A DNA stretch of 23,506 nucleotides, from positions 1 through 23,506 of IMG/VR virus record IMGVR_UViG_648276653_000011; one strand, 5' to 3'. This document shows positions 8,313 to 16,680 of this stretch, one piece after another. Position 1 is the first letter of the stretch; every line of letters begins with the position of its first letter. Made by a program: the position numbers and the translations under genes. Source of the DNA: a virus (taxonomy: Duplodnaviria; Heunggongvirae; Uroviricota; Caudoviricetes). Below the pieces are notes generated by a model. That model made no database searches, was not told the origin of the DNA, and saw nothing but the letters and a program-made list of their open reading frames with translations.

Positions 8313-9017
8313 TTAACTGACGGTTACAGTGCAGGAAGTGGAGGTCACTTTGTTAACCGGGCTCGCTGAATCAGAAATCTCGCAGGTATACGCACCGGCA
8401 TCACCGGATGCTGCTGATGCCTTACTGAACGTTGCCGCCGTCTGTCCGGAAACAGGAGAACCACCTTTTTTCCAGGCATAAGAATAAGGCGGCACACCAC
8501 CCACAGCCTCAACCGCCATTTCAAGTTTCGCTCTGGAAGCAACCCGCAGCGTGCTTTTTAAATCGACCTTCACTTTCAGCGGCTCTGTCGTCAGCACAGG
8601 CTTACCTTTCAGGCGCAGAGAAAACGTTGCAGCCACAACACCATTGGTTCCTGCAGACCAGGTATGCTGACGCACCTCTGCCATAAAGGTAAATCCGTTG
8701 CCTGACGGAAAAATAACTTTAAAGCCATACGTGGTGTCATTGTCATAGGCACTGCGCAACGCGTTCTGGGCAGCATTCAGATAAAAGTTGCCTGACATGG
8801 AAATCTCTGAAGCAGCCCCAAGACCGTTAATATTTTCCTGCTCAACAGAACACAGCGTGGTGACATCAATATCCTGCTTTTGTCCTGCGGTAAACTGCAC
8901 CTCTTTGATTGTACAGCTCAGGCCAAGATAGCTGGCAGAATCCAGGGTTTCTGCTGTTACCGGTGCAGACGAAATCATAATTTTCGTCAGTTGCGAACGC
9001 TCAAAATTAGAGGACAT
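8313..9017 (-). CDS. V: Major tail protein with C-terminal Ig-like domain
   Basis: 234-aa ORF MSSNFERSQLTKIMISSAPVTAETLDSASYLGLSCTIKEVQF...; C-terminal ...PPYSYAWKKGGSPVSGQTAATFSKASAASGDAGAYTCEISDSAS... resembles a Big_2-type domain as on lambda gpV; AGGAGA Shine-Dalgarno upstream. Confidence 0.85.
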   Translation of the reverse strand: MSSNFERSQLTKIMISSAPVTAETLDSASYLGLSCTIKEVQFTAGQKQDIDVTTLCSVEQENINGLGAASEISMSGNFYLNAAQNALRSAYDNDTTYGFKVIFPSGNGFTFMAEVRQHTWSAGTNGVVAATFSLRLKGKPVLTTEPLKVKVDLKSTLRVASRAKLEMAVEAVGGVPPYSYAWKKGGSPVSGQTAATFSKASAASGDAGAYTCEISDSASPVNKVTSTSCTVTVS

Positions 9018-9034
9018 ACTCGTCTCCTGAAAAT

Positions 9035-9058
9035 AAAAAAAACCCGCCAGCGGCGGGT
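9035..9058 (-). terminator. Strong intrinsic-terminator-like hairpin (ACCCGCC-GCT-GGCGGGT plus T8) immediately upstream of the major tail gene
   Basis: Plus strand reads aaaaaaaa-cccgccagcggcgggt; on the minus strand a 7-bp GC stem, 3-nt loop, then an 8-T run, followed by the AGGAGA RBS and V start. Confidence 0.55.
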
Positions 9059-9078
9059 GGGTAAAATCATTAATGGCC

Positions 9079-9423
9079 TCAGGCTATTACCTGGAATTCA
9101 AGCGTGGCTCTGCTCAGACGGGAGTCAGGATCATAACCCTGCGTTTTAGAAATAACGGAGGGTGCCAGTTTTCTTACCGCATCAAGCGCCTGCTCACGAA
9201 TATTATCTGCGTCATCAGGTACTGTCGCCCAGACATCGATCTGCACGGTAATTCTGGATTCAGCCTGCCCATCAAGCACATCAGATACCGTGTCAGACAC
9301 CACAGAAAACACCAGCCACGGCGGAGATACCGCAGGCTTTCCCTCCGTCAGCGGGACCACATAAGGATAAACCTGTCCTCCGGCCAGCTGAGACAACAGG
9401 GAATACAGTGTGGCCTCCCTCAT
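9079..9423 (-). CDS. Tail completion / tail terminator-like protein (DUF3168-like, tentative)
   Basis: 114-aa ORF MREATLYSLLSQLAGGQVYPYVVPLTEGK...VQIDVWATVPD...; position directly upstream of the major tail gene; start overlaps the stop of the upstream gene. Confidence 0.55.
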   Translation of the reverse strand: MREATLYSLLSQLAGGQVYPYVVPLTEGKPAVSPPWLVFSVVSDTVSDVLDGQAESRITVQIDVWATVPDDADNIREQALDAVRKLAPSVISKTQGYDPDSRLSRATLEFQVIA

Positions 9424-9869
9424 TTACTTAAGACCTCATCAATAGCCTGATTCATTCGCTGTATGGCAACCTGCGCCGCCAGCTCCTCTGTCGTATCGAA
9501 AGCCGGGCGAATGAATGGATGCGCGGGCATGTTTATCGTTCCCAGCTCCACAAAGCGCCAGTAAAATGCATTTCGGGGATCGCTGGCTTTCATGCTGTTA
9601 TCACTGTTTCCGGTTCGCAGGTTCCGTCCGCGAATGTGGACACCCGAGATAATTTCCCCCCGACGCTTTGAACGCTGAGTGAGAACAACCACATTTTTCT
9701 TCAGTTTCCCGGTTCGCTCCGGCGCACGTTCAACAACTGCATCCCGCATAACTTCAGCACCGGCACGGGTGGCATCGCGCAGAACCTTATTGTTTTCTGC
9801 CCTGCTGAGCGTCTCCAAATCCCGTGCAATATCCGCCAGGCCGGAAAAATCAAGACTGAAATCCATCAC
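9420..9869 (-). CDS. HK97 gp10-family head-tail joining (neck) protein, tentative
   Basis: 149-aa ORF MMDFSLDFSGLADIARDLETLSRAENNKVLRD...YWRFVELGT...PFIRPAF...; position in the head-tail joining block. Confidence 0.55.
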   Translation of the reverse strand: MMDFSLDFSGLADIARDLETLSRAENNKVLRDATRAGAEVMRDAVVERAPERTGKLKKNVVVLTQRSKRRGEIISGVHIRGRNLRTGNSDNSMKASDPRNAFYWRFVELGTINMPAHPFIRPAFDTTEELAAQVAIQRMNQAIDEVLSK

Positions 9870-10204
9870 ACATTCCCCTTCAGGCTGCAGAGTATTTCAA
9901 GCCGGGTAGCGCGTGCATCCGGTATTGGTGGACCTTCTATACCCAGAATGGCCCCTTTAAATGCACCGGTCAGCACTTTCAGACGTGAAGTCGCTGTCAC
10001 ATCGCGCCGGAATCTCATCCAGACTCTGACCGTAGCCTGAGCGGTTTCTGCTCCGCCTGAGATTATCTCCCTCCCGCTGATACCCTTAACTTCTGCCCAT
10101 ACGGTAGCTCCCTCCGTCACCGTCTCCACCGGATGCCCTGACGGAGAGCGGGCGGTGGTGACATTCAGAATAATTACGCGATCACGTAATCTGCCCGCCT
10201 GCAT
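9866..10204 (-). CDS. Head closure / head-tail adaptor protein
   Basis: 112-aa ORF MQAGRLRDRVIILNVTTARSPSGHPVETVTEGATVWAEVKGISGREIISGGAETAQATVRVWMRFRRDV...; pattern typical of the phage head-tail joining family. Confidence 0.6.
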   Translation of the reverse strand: MQAGRLRDRVIILNVTTARSPSGHPVETVTEGATVWAEVKGISGREIISGGAETAQATVRVWMRFRRDVTATSRLKVLTGAFKGAILGIEGPPIPDARATRLEILCSLKGNV

Positions 10205-10212
10205 GTCTCCTC

Positions 10213-10527
10213 CTACAAAGGAATAAAACGATAAGGCTCCAGCAGAGAAGAAAAACCAAACGGGACTGGTGCCTTGCTGACATCTGAGGAATTTTCCCGG
10301 TTTTCGTACCAGTGCCCGACCAGCAACATGAGCGCCAGCAAAACATCATCAGCTATAAGCACCCCTTCAGGATCACCTTCCGGCACCGTCTCCTCATAAA
10401 GCTTACGGTTGATAAAATTTTCTGCCTTGCGGCAGGCAGCCCGGAAATACAGCATCAGTAACTCATCATCAGTTGCATCATCTGTATCAATACGGCACTG
10501 CGCCCTGAGTTTTTCCACTATTGCTGC
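10213..10527 (-). CDS. Head-tail connector (gp6-like) protein
   Basis: ATG at 10527 preceded by AGGAG (6-nt spacer) gives MAAIVEKLRAQCRIDTDDATDDELLMLYFRAACRKAENFINRKLYEE...; the track ORF 10213..10710 is an upstream extension running into the capsid gene. Confidence 0.6.
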   Translation of the reverse strand, partial: AAIVEKLRAQCRIDTDDATDDELLMLYFRAACRKAENFINRKLYEETVPEGDPEGVLIADDVLLALMLLVGHWYENRENSSDVSKAPVPFGFSSLLEPYRFIPL

Positions 10528-10562
10528 CATCAGAAACTCCTGCCCGCAACACTGTGCGGGCA

Positions 10563-10585
10563 TAAAAAAACCGCGTCGGCGCGGT
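10563..10585 (-). terminator. Terminator-like hairpin (ACCGCG-CCGA-CGCGGT plus T7) 22 nt downstream of the major capsid gene, with a second hairpin (10542..10561) before the connector RBS
   Basis: Plus strand reads aaaaaaa-ccgcgtcggcgcgg; minus-strand stem-loop plus T7; adjacent inverted repeat GCCCGCA-CAGTGT-TGCGGGC read directly. Confidence 0.55.
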
Positions 10586-10606
10586 CTGTAACTGAACAAC
10601 GAGTGG

Positions 10607-11824
10607 TTATTTGCCAGTGAGCGCCTTGATGGCTGCCACATCTTCCAGCACACAGTCAAAACGATGGAAAGCCAGAAATGCCACCTGATCAAACTCAGCA
10701 TAACGCTCAACCAGACGTTTCAGTTCCATATAAGTAACGCGGCGAATGATAAAGCGGTTGAAATCCCCCAGGAAAATGAATTTTTTTCCAGTACCAATCC
10801 CGTCAATAGCCTGATCAATAACATAAGGGATCCCCAGCACAGTAGCCGGCGTACCGCCTGCAATATCCGGCAGCCATAACGGGCGTTTCTGTCCATCCTC
10901 CATCTCTTCAATAGTCTGCAATGTGGCATCATTGAATACCCAGCGGTATTTCGGCCCACCACGATATGCCGGATCAATGGCATGTTTCAGGGCATTCATT
11001 TCTTTCCAGGTGAAAGCGGCAGAGGCTGCAGTCTGGATGGTTCCCGTCACCGACGCTGCCAGCCCTTTTGGCTGTAACGGTGATCCCGTTCCGGTCCCCT
11101 GAACCAGATATTTTGCCTCTCCACGACCAATACGCTGGGCAATACGGTTTGCCAGATAAGATTCAATATCCACCCCACTGTCCTGGAGCAGCTCATTGGA
11201 CACACGAATTATTTTTGATGACAGCTTTTTAGCCCCCAGAATAGCGGTCCCGAACGTCACATCCTGTTCCGTTGCGGCTGTATTTTCCGCCAGCAGTTCG
11301 CCCTCTTCAGTCGTGCCATCAGACGTTGACCAGGTGATATCCTGCCCGGTTGATGTGGTCAGAAGTTGCGCCACACTGGCAATCCCGCCATAAGCCTTCA
11401 TGGTGTCAATGATTTTGTTACGCATCTGCGTGGGCACCGTATATCCGCCCTGAGAATCCGTTGTTACACTCTGAGCCCGCAGTTCACGCATCAGATTACG
11501 CTCTTCAGCATTCAGTTCTGCAAATCCGGCACGCAGAAAACGGTTAAATGCCGCAGCACGCTTCTCTTCCACCGCCTTTTTCCCGTTCTCCGCCTCATTA
11601 TTCTGGCGCTCTTCCGGCCCGGACTCATCCACATATGCCTGATCCTGACGGCGCAACTCTTCTTCACGGGCGATTTGCTCATCCAGCGCATCCAGCTCAG
11701 CTTTCGCCCTGTTCCACTCTGCCCGTTGCTCATCAGTCCATGCGTTATCACCAATTTTTTCATGCAGTGCACGCATATCCTTTGCAATGGTGTTTCGTTT
11801 TTGCTTCATCTCATGAAGTTTCAT
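10607..11824 (-). CDS. Major capsid protein, HK97 family, with N-terminal delta (scaffold-like) domain
   Basis: 405-aa ORF; N-terminal ~100 aa Glu/Arg/Ala-rich coiled-coil-like (MKLHEMKQKRNTIAKDMRALHEKIGDN...ELDALDEQIAREEELRRQD...) followed by a capsid-like body; sits between the prohead protease and head-tail genes. Confidence 0.85.
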   Translation of the reverse strand: MKLHEMKQKRNTIAKDMRALHEKIGDNAWTDEQRAEWNRAKAELDALDEQIAREEELRRQDQAYVDESGPEERQNNEAENGKKAVEEKRAAAFNRFLRAGFAELNAEERNLMRELRAQSVTTDSQGGYTVPTQMRNKIIDTMKAYGGIASVAQLLTTSTGQDITWSTSDGTTEEGELLAENTAATEQDVTFGTAILGAKKLSSKIIRVSNELLQDSGVDIESYLANRIAQRIGRGEAKYLVQGTGTGSPLQPKGLAASVTGTIQTAASAAFTWKEMNALKHAIDPAYRGGPKYRWVFNDATLQTIEEMEDGQKRPLWLPDIAGGTPATVLGIPYVIDQAIDGIGTGKKFIFLGDFNRFIIRRVTYMELKRLVERYAEFDQVAFLAFHRFDCVLEDVAAIKALTGK

Positions 11825-11838
11825 CGTCAGTAGTATCC

Positions 11839-12438
11839 TTATGCATTAAGAAGGGTCAAAAGGCGCTCACGCGCCATTCGTTCATTAACAGCTTTCTTCA
11901 GCGCACCACTCGCCCGCGCTTCCTGCCAGGCTTTCATTGAGCGGACACCGGAGTCTGCGTCCTGATAGGCCGGATATGTCACCGGGCTGACGTCATACAG
12001 ACGAGAAATGCGCGTGATTTCCCGGATAACAATCCCCTCGTCGTCTTCATACCAGCTCTCTCCGTCACGGGCGACACGAAACGCGAACGAGGACTGGTTA
12101 ATGTCACCACGCAACATTGGAGACAGCACCAGGTCACAAATAGTCGGAGTACCCGGTGCAACAATGTCATAACGTAAACCGCGTTCATCCACCGACAATG
12201 ACAATGTGCCGGCAGAACTTCGTCCGAGAATGAAATTAGGATCATGATTAAACAAGCCACGTACATCATCATTCAGTACATCATCAAAAGCCCCCGGCTT
12301 GATGATTTCACGAAATCCCCACAGAGGTTCTGAACGACTGTTAAATACCGAGCCATACCCCAGAATGTGGGTCGGGGCATTATCATATTGTTCCGCCCGC
12401 ACCTCCCCGCTGTAACAGCGCGTTTCACGGTCATTCAT
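11839..12438 (-). CDS. Prohead protease (HK97 gp4 family)
   Basis: 199-aa ORF MNDRETRCYSGEVRAEQYDNAPTHILGYGSVFNSRSEPLWGFREIIKPGAFDDVL...; between portal and capsid; 8-nt overlap with the portal gene. Confidence 0.8.
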   Translation of the reverse strand: MNDRETRCYSGEVRAEQYDNAPTHILGYGSVFNSRSEPLWGFREIIKPGAFDDVLNDDVRGLFNHDPNFILGRSSAGTLSLSVDERGLRYDIVAPGTPTICDLVLSPMLRGDINQSSFAFRVARDGESWYEDDEGIVIREITRISRLYDVSPVTYPAYQDADSGVRSMKAWQEARASGALKKAVNERMARERLLTLLNA

Positions 12439-13657
12439 CGTTCTTTTCCTCTTTGCCTTTCGTATCTTTAAAGTTATTCAACGGATTTGCTGCATTTACG
12501 CTGACCAGCATTTCATCCAGACCGTCAACCGGGTTCATATCCTCAAATGCCCTGGCTTCATTCCGACTCATCCAGCCATCTGTAATGGCAAAGTGATAGA
12601 ACTGCGCACGCTCCTGTGGGGTCCCACGGAGCAACCCCGTGAGGTTGAAACGAACGTAATACCCGGCAGCCCGTTCTGTACGGGTAAACAGGCGACGGTT
12701 AAGCTCCTGCTCCCAGTTCGCAACCCAGGGCATCATCGTGTAGCGAACAAACTGAATCGCCTGCTGCGTAATATTCGAAAATGTGGCTTTTTCCAGGTCA
12801 TTAATCATGTGCGCCGGGACATTAAAAATCCCTGCAATCATCGACCTGTTCAGCTTGGTCATATCAATGATCTGAGCATCCACCGGAGAAACTGTCAGAG
12901 CGCGGTAATCCAGTTGCGCAGGCAACAGCATGGTTTTATTTTCCTGGCTGCGAAGCGCTGTCACCGCCCGCTGCCACATATTTTTAAGCCTGCCCCAGCT
13001 CTGTTCGTTCAGTTCATTTTTCACAGAAATAATACCGGCAGGACGGGCATTACCGTTAAAAAAGGCGCTGGTATACTGCTGGCCACTCATTCCCATACCA
13101 ATGGTTTCAGCATGCTGCATGATCGGGCTCAGTCCCATTTTCTGATTGTTTCCCAGCGCCCTGATATGGATCATGTCGTCCGGACTTACCGCAAATGCAC
13201 CCTCTTCGTTATACACCCCGTAAGTATGACGCCCACCGGTGTTAAGTAACGTGGTTTCCCATGGCATACAGCATTCAAGGCTGGTAACCTCGCCACGACG
13301 ATTACGTTTTACCCACGTATAACCATTGCCCCACCCCAGCACATGACGCTGCTTCAGTTCCCGCCACTTATAGCTGGTCTGCCAGGCATTAGGTTCATCA
13401 TGAACGAGCCAGAACAACGGATGATCGCGTGCCGGCTGAACATGCTCATTCGTTTTTCGCATCACATGCAGGGGCATCTGAGCCACACTGGATGAAATAA
13501 CATAAATACAGGCATAGACAGCAGCCAGCTTCATGGATGTTTCCGGACTGACATACACATCCCGGGCAAAAATATTATCCGTCTCAGCGGCCTCTCCGGT
13601 TACCGGAACCGAGGGATTTTCCAGAGGCTCACTGCGAAACAGAGCATCAAGAAGCAT
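12431..13657 (-). CDS. Portal protein (HK97 family)
   Basis: 408-aa ORF MLLDALFRSEPLENPSVPVTGEA...; size and position downstream of the large terminase; GAGGAGA RBS upstream. Confidence 0.85.
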   Translation of the reverse strand: MLLDALFRSEPLENPSVPVTGEAAETDNIFARDVYVSPETSMKLAAVYACIYVISSSVAQMPLHVMRKTNEHVQPARDHPLFWLVHDEPNAWQTSYKWRELKQRHVLGWGNGYTWVKRNRRGEVTSLECCMPWETTLLNTGGRHTYGVYNEEGAFAVSPDDMIHIRALGNNQKMGLSPIMQHAETIGMGMSGQQYTSAFFNGNARPAGIISVKNELNEQSWGRLKNMWQRAVTALRSQENKTMLLPAQLDYRALTVSPVDAQIIDMTKLNRSMIAGIFNVPAHMINDLEKATFSNITQQAIQFVRYTMMPWVANWEQELNRRLFTRTERAAGYYVRFNLTGLLRGTPQERAQFYHFAITDGWMSRNEARAFEDMNPVDGLDEMLVSVNAANPLNNFKDTKGKEEKNDE

Positions 13658-13787
13658 GTTTTCTCCTCATGGACACCACCAGTGCATAAAGCAGCAACAA
13701 ACAGCCAGACAGCATCAGAGACGCTGGCAGACCTGCATACAGATAAACGCCAGCAGTGAGCAGACCGAAACCGATCAGCCCAGTCAT
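13647..13787 (-). CDS. Small hydrophobic ORF (46 aa, predicted two transmembrane segments) between terminase and portal; hypothetical
   Basis: Manual minus-strand translation gives MTGLIGFGLLTAGVYLYAGLPASLMLSGCLLLLYALVVSMRRKHAS; its 3' end contains the portal RBS and its TGA lies 8 nt past the portal ATG; below the track's size cut-off. Confidence 0.3.
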   Translation of the reverse strand: MTGLIGFGLLTAGVYLYAGLPASLMLSGCLLLLYALVVSMRRKHAS

Positions 13788-13804
13788 ATCAGTAATAAGC
13801 TGTT

Positions 13805-15562
13805 TCACAGAATTAACAGGTCCTCATCAGGATCAAGCGTGGACAGAAAGTCATTCACGCCCCCGCCATTTACCAGAAAGCGGCTCATGGCTGTAAAAAG
13901 CGCAACAGGGCCGTCGATTTTTGCTTCCGGCGTGGATTTATTCGGGAAGATGTTGTCGTTTTTGTCCGGTTTTACAGTAACGTTAGACATCATCCAGTTC
14001 ATGACCGGATGATTGCTGTGATGGAAACGCCCGGCATAAACCAGTGATTCCGTTTCCTTCATGGCCTCTGACAGATTGCGGACCGTCTGCGGAACCTCCA
14101 CCAGCGGTATCCCTTCTTCAGCCAGTGCCAGGCTGAACTGCATTGCGCTCCACGGGTCAAATCCCAGTTCCCTGAGGTTTTCACCGCCAATCCATTCCAG
14201 TAAGTCACTTTTTATCTGAGCATGATCGATAACATCACCATCCGTCAGGATGAGCTTATCCATCTCCGCCCACTTCCGGTAAAGTTCTGCCTGCTGCCGC
14301 GAGCATCGTTCCAGCCGTCCTTCCGGAAGCCAGAATTTAAAATCAGCATGAACATGTCCGTTATCGGTTCGCCAGAGTTTTGCCGCCGCACAGATATCAA
14401 TCTTATGAGCAAGGTCGACGCCGACCCACATGGGATATGTTTTTAGCTCATGTTGTGGAGCAATGTATTCGCACTTCTCCCACTTAATCATATCCATCCA
14501 GGCAGATTCGGCAGTGACCCACACATTCATGTGTTTGGTAAAAAAATTCACCCGCGCAGAGACCTGCTCCTTCGCTTTTTTCGCCAGACGACGCAGATCA
14601 TCCCAGCGTTTACAGATGCCCAGGCCAGGATTCGCTTTCTGCCAGACCGTTTCATCAAACGGATCATCTCCCTCATCGAGCGTGTAAATGATCGCAAAGT
14701 AAGAGTCGTCTTTTACAGCGCCCTCCACGTCGCTGTTATAGCCTCGCAATACCTTGATGGCGTAATCACGCTGCTCGTAACAAATCCCTTCCTTGTTAAA
14801 GCCAGCCGTGGTGATACCAAATAACAGGGACTGCAGACGGGCACCGGTTGCTGTTTCCAGAACGTCCCACACGTCGCGGGTTTTATGTGCATGCAGCTCA
14901 TCAATAATGGCACAGTGGATGTTCAGACCGTCCAGATTGTTTGCATCCGAGGAAAGCGGTTCAAATTTTGATGCGCTCTGCTCCTGGTAAATCGCCAGCT
15001 TGTTGAAGTCAAACAACCGCCCGAGTGTCGACCGGGCTTTTCTGACCATATTTTTGGCGTCTTCAAACACGATTCTGGCCTGATCACGCGTGGTTGCGGC
15101 TGAATACACCTCAGCACCACCTTCACCATCTGCCCCCGTCATATACAGACCGATACCCGATGACAGGGTTGATTTTGCGTTTTTACGGGCGACTTCGTTG
15201 TACGCCGTCCGGAACCGGCGCACCATCACCGGGCGTCCACTGCCATCGCTGCGCATGACAATTTCCCCGGTCTCTTCATTCACCAGCGGAATGACAAAAC
15301 CAAAAATATTAATGAGGATAAATACATGCCAGTCCATCAGTTCAATGGGCTGGCCTGCCAGCGCCCCTTTCACATGAGGCACAAATTTGTAGAAATTCAG
15401 GATGTGCTGCGCACGGGGTTCACTGAAATAAATCCCCCGCTCTTCGCCGTACTTCAGATCATCAAGAAAACGCTGGCAGGCTAGGCGGACAAATTCGCCA
15501 GCAACAATTTCTCCTGCAACAACACGTTCGGCGTAGCGGATCCCGTCAGCCACTTTTGCCAT
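13805..15562 (-). CDS. Terminase large subunit
   Basis: 585-aa ORF MAKVADGIRYAERVVAGEIVAGEFVRLACQRFLDDLKYGEERGIYF...; size and position between TerS and portal; start overlaps the TerS stop. Confidence 0.85.
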   Translation of the reverse strand: MAKVADGIRYAERVVAGEIVAGEFVRLACQRFLDDLKYGEERGIYFSEPRAQHILNFYKFVPHVKGALAGQPIELMDWHVFILINIFGFVIPLVNEETGEIVMRSDGSGRPVMVRRFRTAYNEVARKNAKSTLSSGIGLYMTGADGEGGAEVYSAATTRDQARIVFEDAKNMVRKARSTLGRLFDFNKLAIYQEQSASKFEPLSSDANNLDGLNIHCAIIDELHAHKTRDVWDVLETATGARLQSLLFGITTAGFNKEGICYEQRDYAIKVLRGYNSDVEGAVKDDSYFAIIYTLDEGDDPFDETVWQKANPGLGICKRWDDLRRLAKKAKEQVSARVNFFTKHMNVWVTAESAWMDMIKWEKCEYIAPQHELKTYPMWVGVDLAHKIDICAAAKLWRTDNGHVHADFKFWLPEGRLERCSRQQAELYRKWAEMDKLILTDGDVIDHAQIKSDLLEWIGGENLRELGFDPWSAMQFSLALAEEGIPLVEVPQTVRNLSEAMKETESLVYAGRFHHSNHPVMNWMMSNVTVKPDKNDNIFPNKSTPEAKIDGPVALFTAMSRFLVNGGGVNDFLSTLDPDEDLLIL

Positions 15563-16044
15563 CAGTCTCTCGCTTTTAAAAGCTCCGCCAGCGGATCAAC
15601 ATCATCCGGTCCGGCGGTATTTACTTTCGCCCGGCTTGCCGGTGACATACCAAATTCTGCAAGCATCGCCCGGATCCGCTTCCAGGCATCCGCTTTCATC
15701 GCAGCAGCCGGGTGTGCCTTAATCAGCACATCACCGTTCTGCGTTTCCGTGCGGTAGGTATACCCCTCAACATCGAGTGTTTCGCAGTGATGCCGGTATT
15801 CGGTGTAGGCTTCCACCAGTAACTCGAGTGCACGCGCATCAAGCTGAGAAATGATCCCTTCCGCATTCAGTTCTTCCGCCATTCGCCTGAACCAGTACTT
15901 CCCCTGCGACCCTAAATGTTGCGGAATTTTAGGGAGACATTTTTCATCCTTTTTAGCGGTTTTTTTGGAGTCTTTAACTGGCCGCTTTGAGGGGTTACCT
16001 CGTATCAAATGCAGGCGTGGCGGGGTTTTCGGGGGTCCAGACAT
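15562..16044 (-). CDS. Terminase small subunit, P27 family
   Basis: 160-aa ORF MSGPPKTPPRLHLIRGNPSKRPVKDS... resembles the conserved P27-family N-terminus (..PKP..L...GNPGKRP..); immediately upstream of TerL. Confidence 0.75.
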   Translation of the reverse strand: MSGPPKTPPRLHLIRGNPSKRPVKDSKKTAKKDEKCLPKIPQHLGSQGKYWFRRMAEELNAEGIISQLDARALELLVEAYTEYRHHCETLDVEGYTYRTETQNGDVLIKAHPAAAMKADAWKRIRAMLAEFGMSPASRAKVNTAGPDDVDPLAELLKARD

Positions 16045-16191
16045 AATCGGTTTTACCTATCAATCATTTAATCACATTCCAAAAAAAAGTTTTCGAACCT
16101 GCGGCGATGCGAGGAAAGGTCAGGCGGCGGTACTGAACAGCCAGGGTTGCAGAGATTTGACCCGCCCCTCCCCTGCAGATGGGAGCTGTTA
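16045..16191. other. Candidate cos / packaging-initiation region in the HNH-TerS intergenic spacer
   Basis: 147-bp non-coding spacer between HNH and TerS with GC-rich inverted-repeat-like elements (gacccgcccctcccctgcag, aggtcaggcggcgg) and an A8 tract; HK97-type phages place cos between the HNH gene and TerS. Confidence 0.3.
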
Positions 16192-16542
16192 TCAATTGAT
16201 GCGTTCGCGCGCTGTTTTTGCTTTATGACAGGGCCAGCACAGACTCTGCAGGTTACTGTCTGCATCCGTGCCACCATGAGCTTTCGGAATGATGTGGTCC
16301 ACAGTTCTGGCTTCAACGGCTCTCCCATTGCGCAGGCAGTTCTGACACAGATGATTATCACGCTTCAGTATGCGCGCACGTATGGCATCCCATTTCGAGC
16401 CATAGCCACGCTGGTGGCGGCTCAGTCCGCGTTGATGCTGTACCCATCCTTCGCCACGATGTTTATCGCAGTAACCAGAACTGTCTGTGGTTGTACCTGC
16501 ACATCCACGCTTACGGCAGGCGCGTGGGATTAGTGCTGGCAT
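16192..16542 (-). CDS. HNH endonuclease (terminase-associated)
   Basis: 116-aa ORF with HNH motif ...DHIIPKAHGGTDADSNLQSLCWPCH... and upstream Cys pair CQNC; AAGGG RBS; adjacent to TerS. Confidence 0.85.
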   Translation of the reverse strand: MPALIPRACRKRGCAGTTTDSSGYCDKHRGEGWVQHQRGLSRHQRGYGSKWDAIRARILKRDNHLCQNCLRNGRAVEARTVDHIIPKAHGGTDADSNLQSLCWPCHKAKTARERIN

Positions 16543-16680
16543 GTTTCGCCCTTATATAAATCAAAGGTGACCTGCATTGAGTATCTCCATGGAATAGATT
16601 TGCTGCTGATATGAGACAGATCAATAGACTTCATGAGCCAACGGGTGTAGATATTACTTTTTACTTCAGAGGGTTAACTC

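Noticed and set aside
7834-9450. ORFs overlapping G, V and head-tail genes (7834..8037, 8013..8237, 8075..8320, 8345..8542, 8432..8686, 8880..9149, 9073..9450, 9679..9909)
   Set aside because: Antisense or alternative frames of the collinear minus-strand structural genes; only the 7626..7955 T frame was kept because it fits the conserved G/GT frameshift arrangement.
10409-15377. ORFs within capsid, protease, portal and terminase genes on either strand (e.g. 10409..10591, 10664..10879, 10720..10983, 11196..11393, 11366..11833, 11512..11787, 11548..11940, 11979..12272, 12593..13249, 12930..13145, 13533..14012, 14222..14446, 14430..14687, 14450..14824, 14713..14913, 14793..14990, 14923..15129, 15090..15377)
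   Set aside because: All overlap long, well-supported minus-strand genes in other frames or antisense; none has a convincing independent start context.
16080-16110. tRNA-like T-loop motif (GGTTCGAAAAC on the minus strand)
   Set aside because: No flanking acceptor or anticodon stem complementarity found; more likely part of the cos-region repeats.
16100-16135. Direct match to the lambda cosN cohesive-end sequence
   Set aside because: Only a partial resemblance (shared GACCT and a GC-rich core); not enough to call cosN identity, so it is reported only as a candidate region.
15851-16533. ORFs 15851..16228 (+), 16068..16361 (-) and 16147..16533 (+)
   Set aside because: They overlap TerS and the HNH gene or cross the putative cos spacer; the HNH frame has clear catalytic motifs, the others do not.
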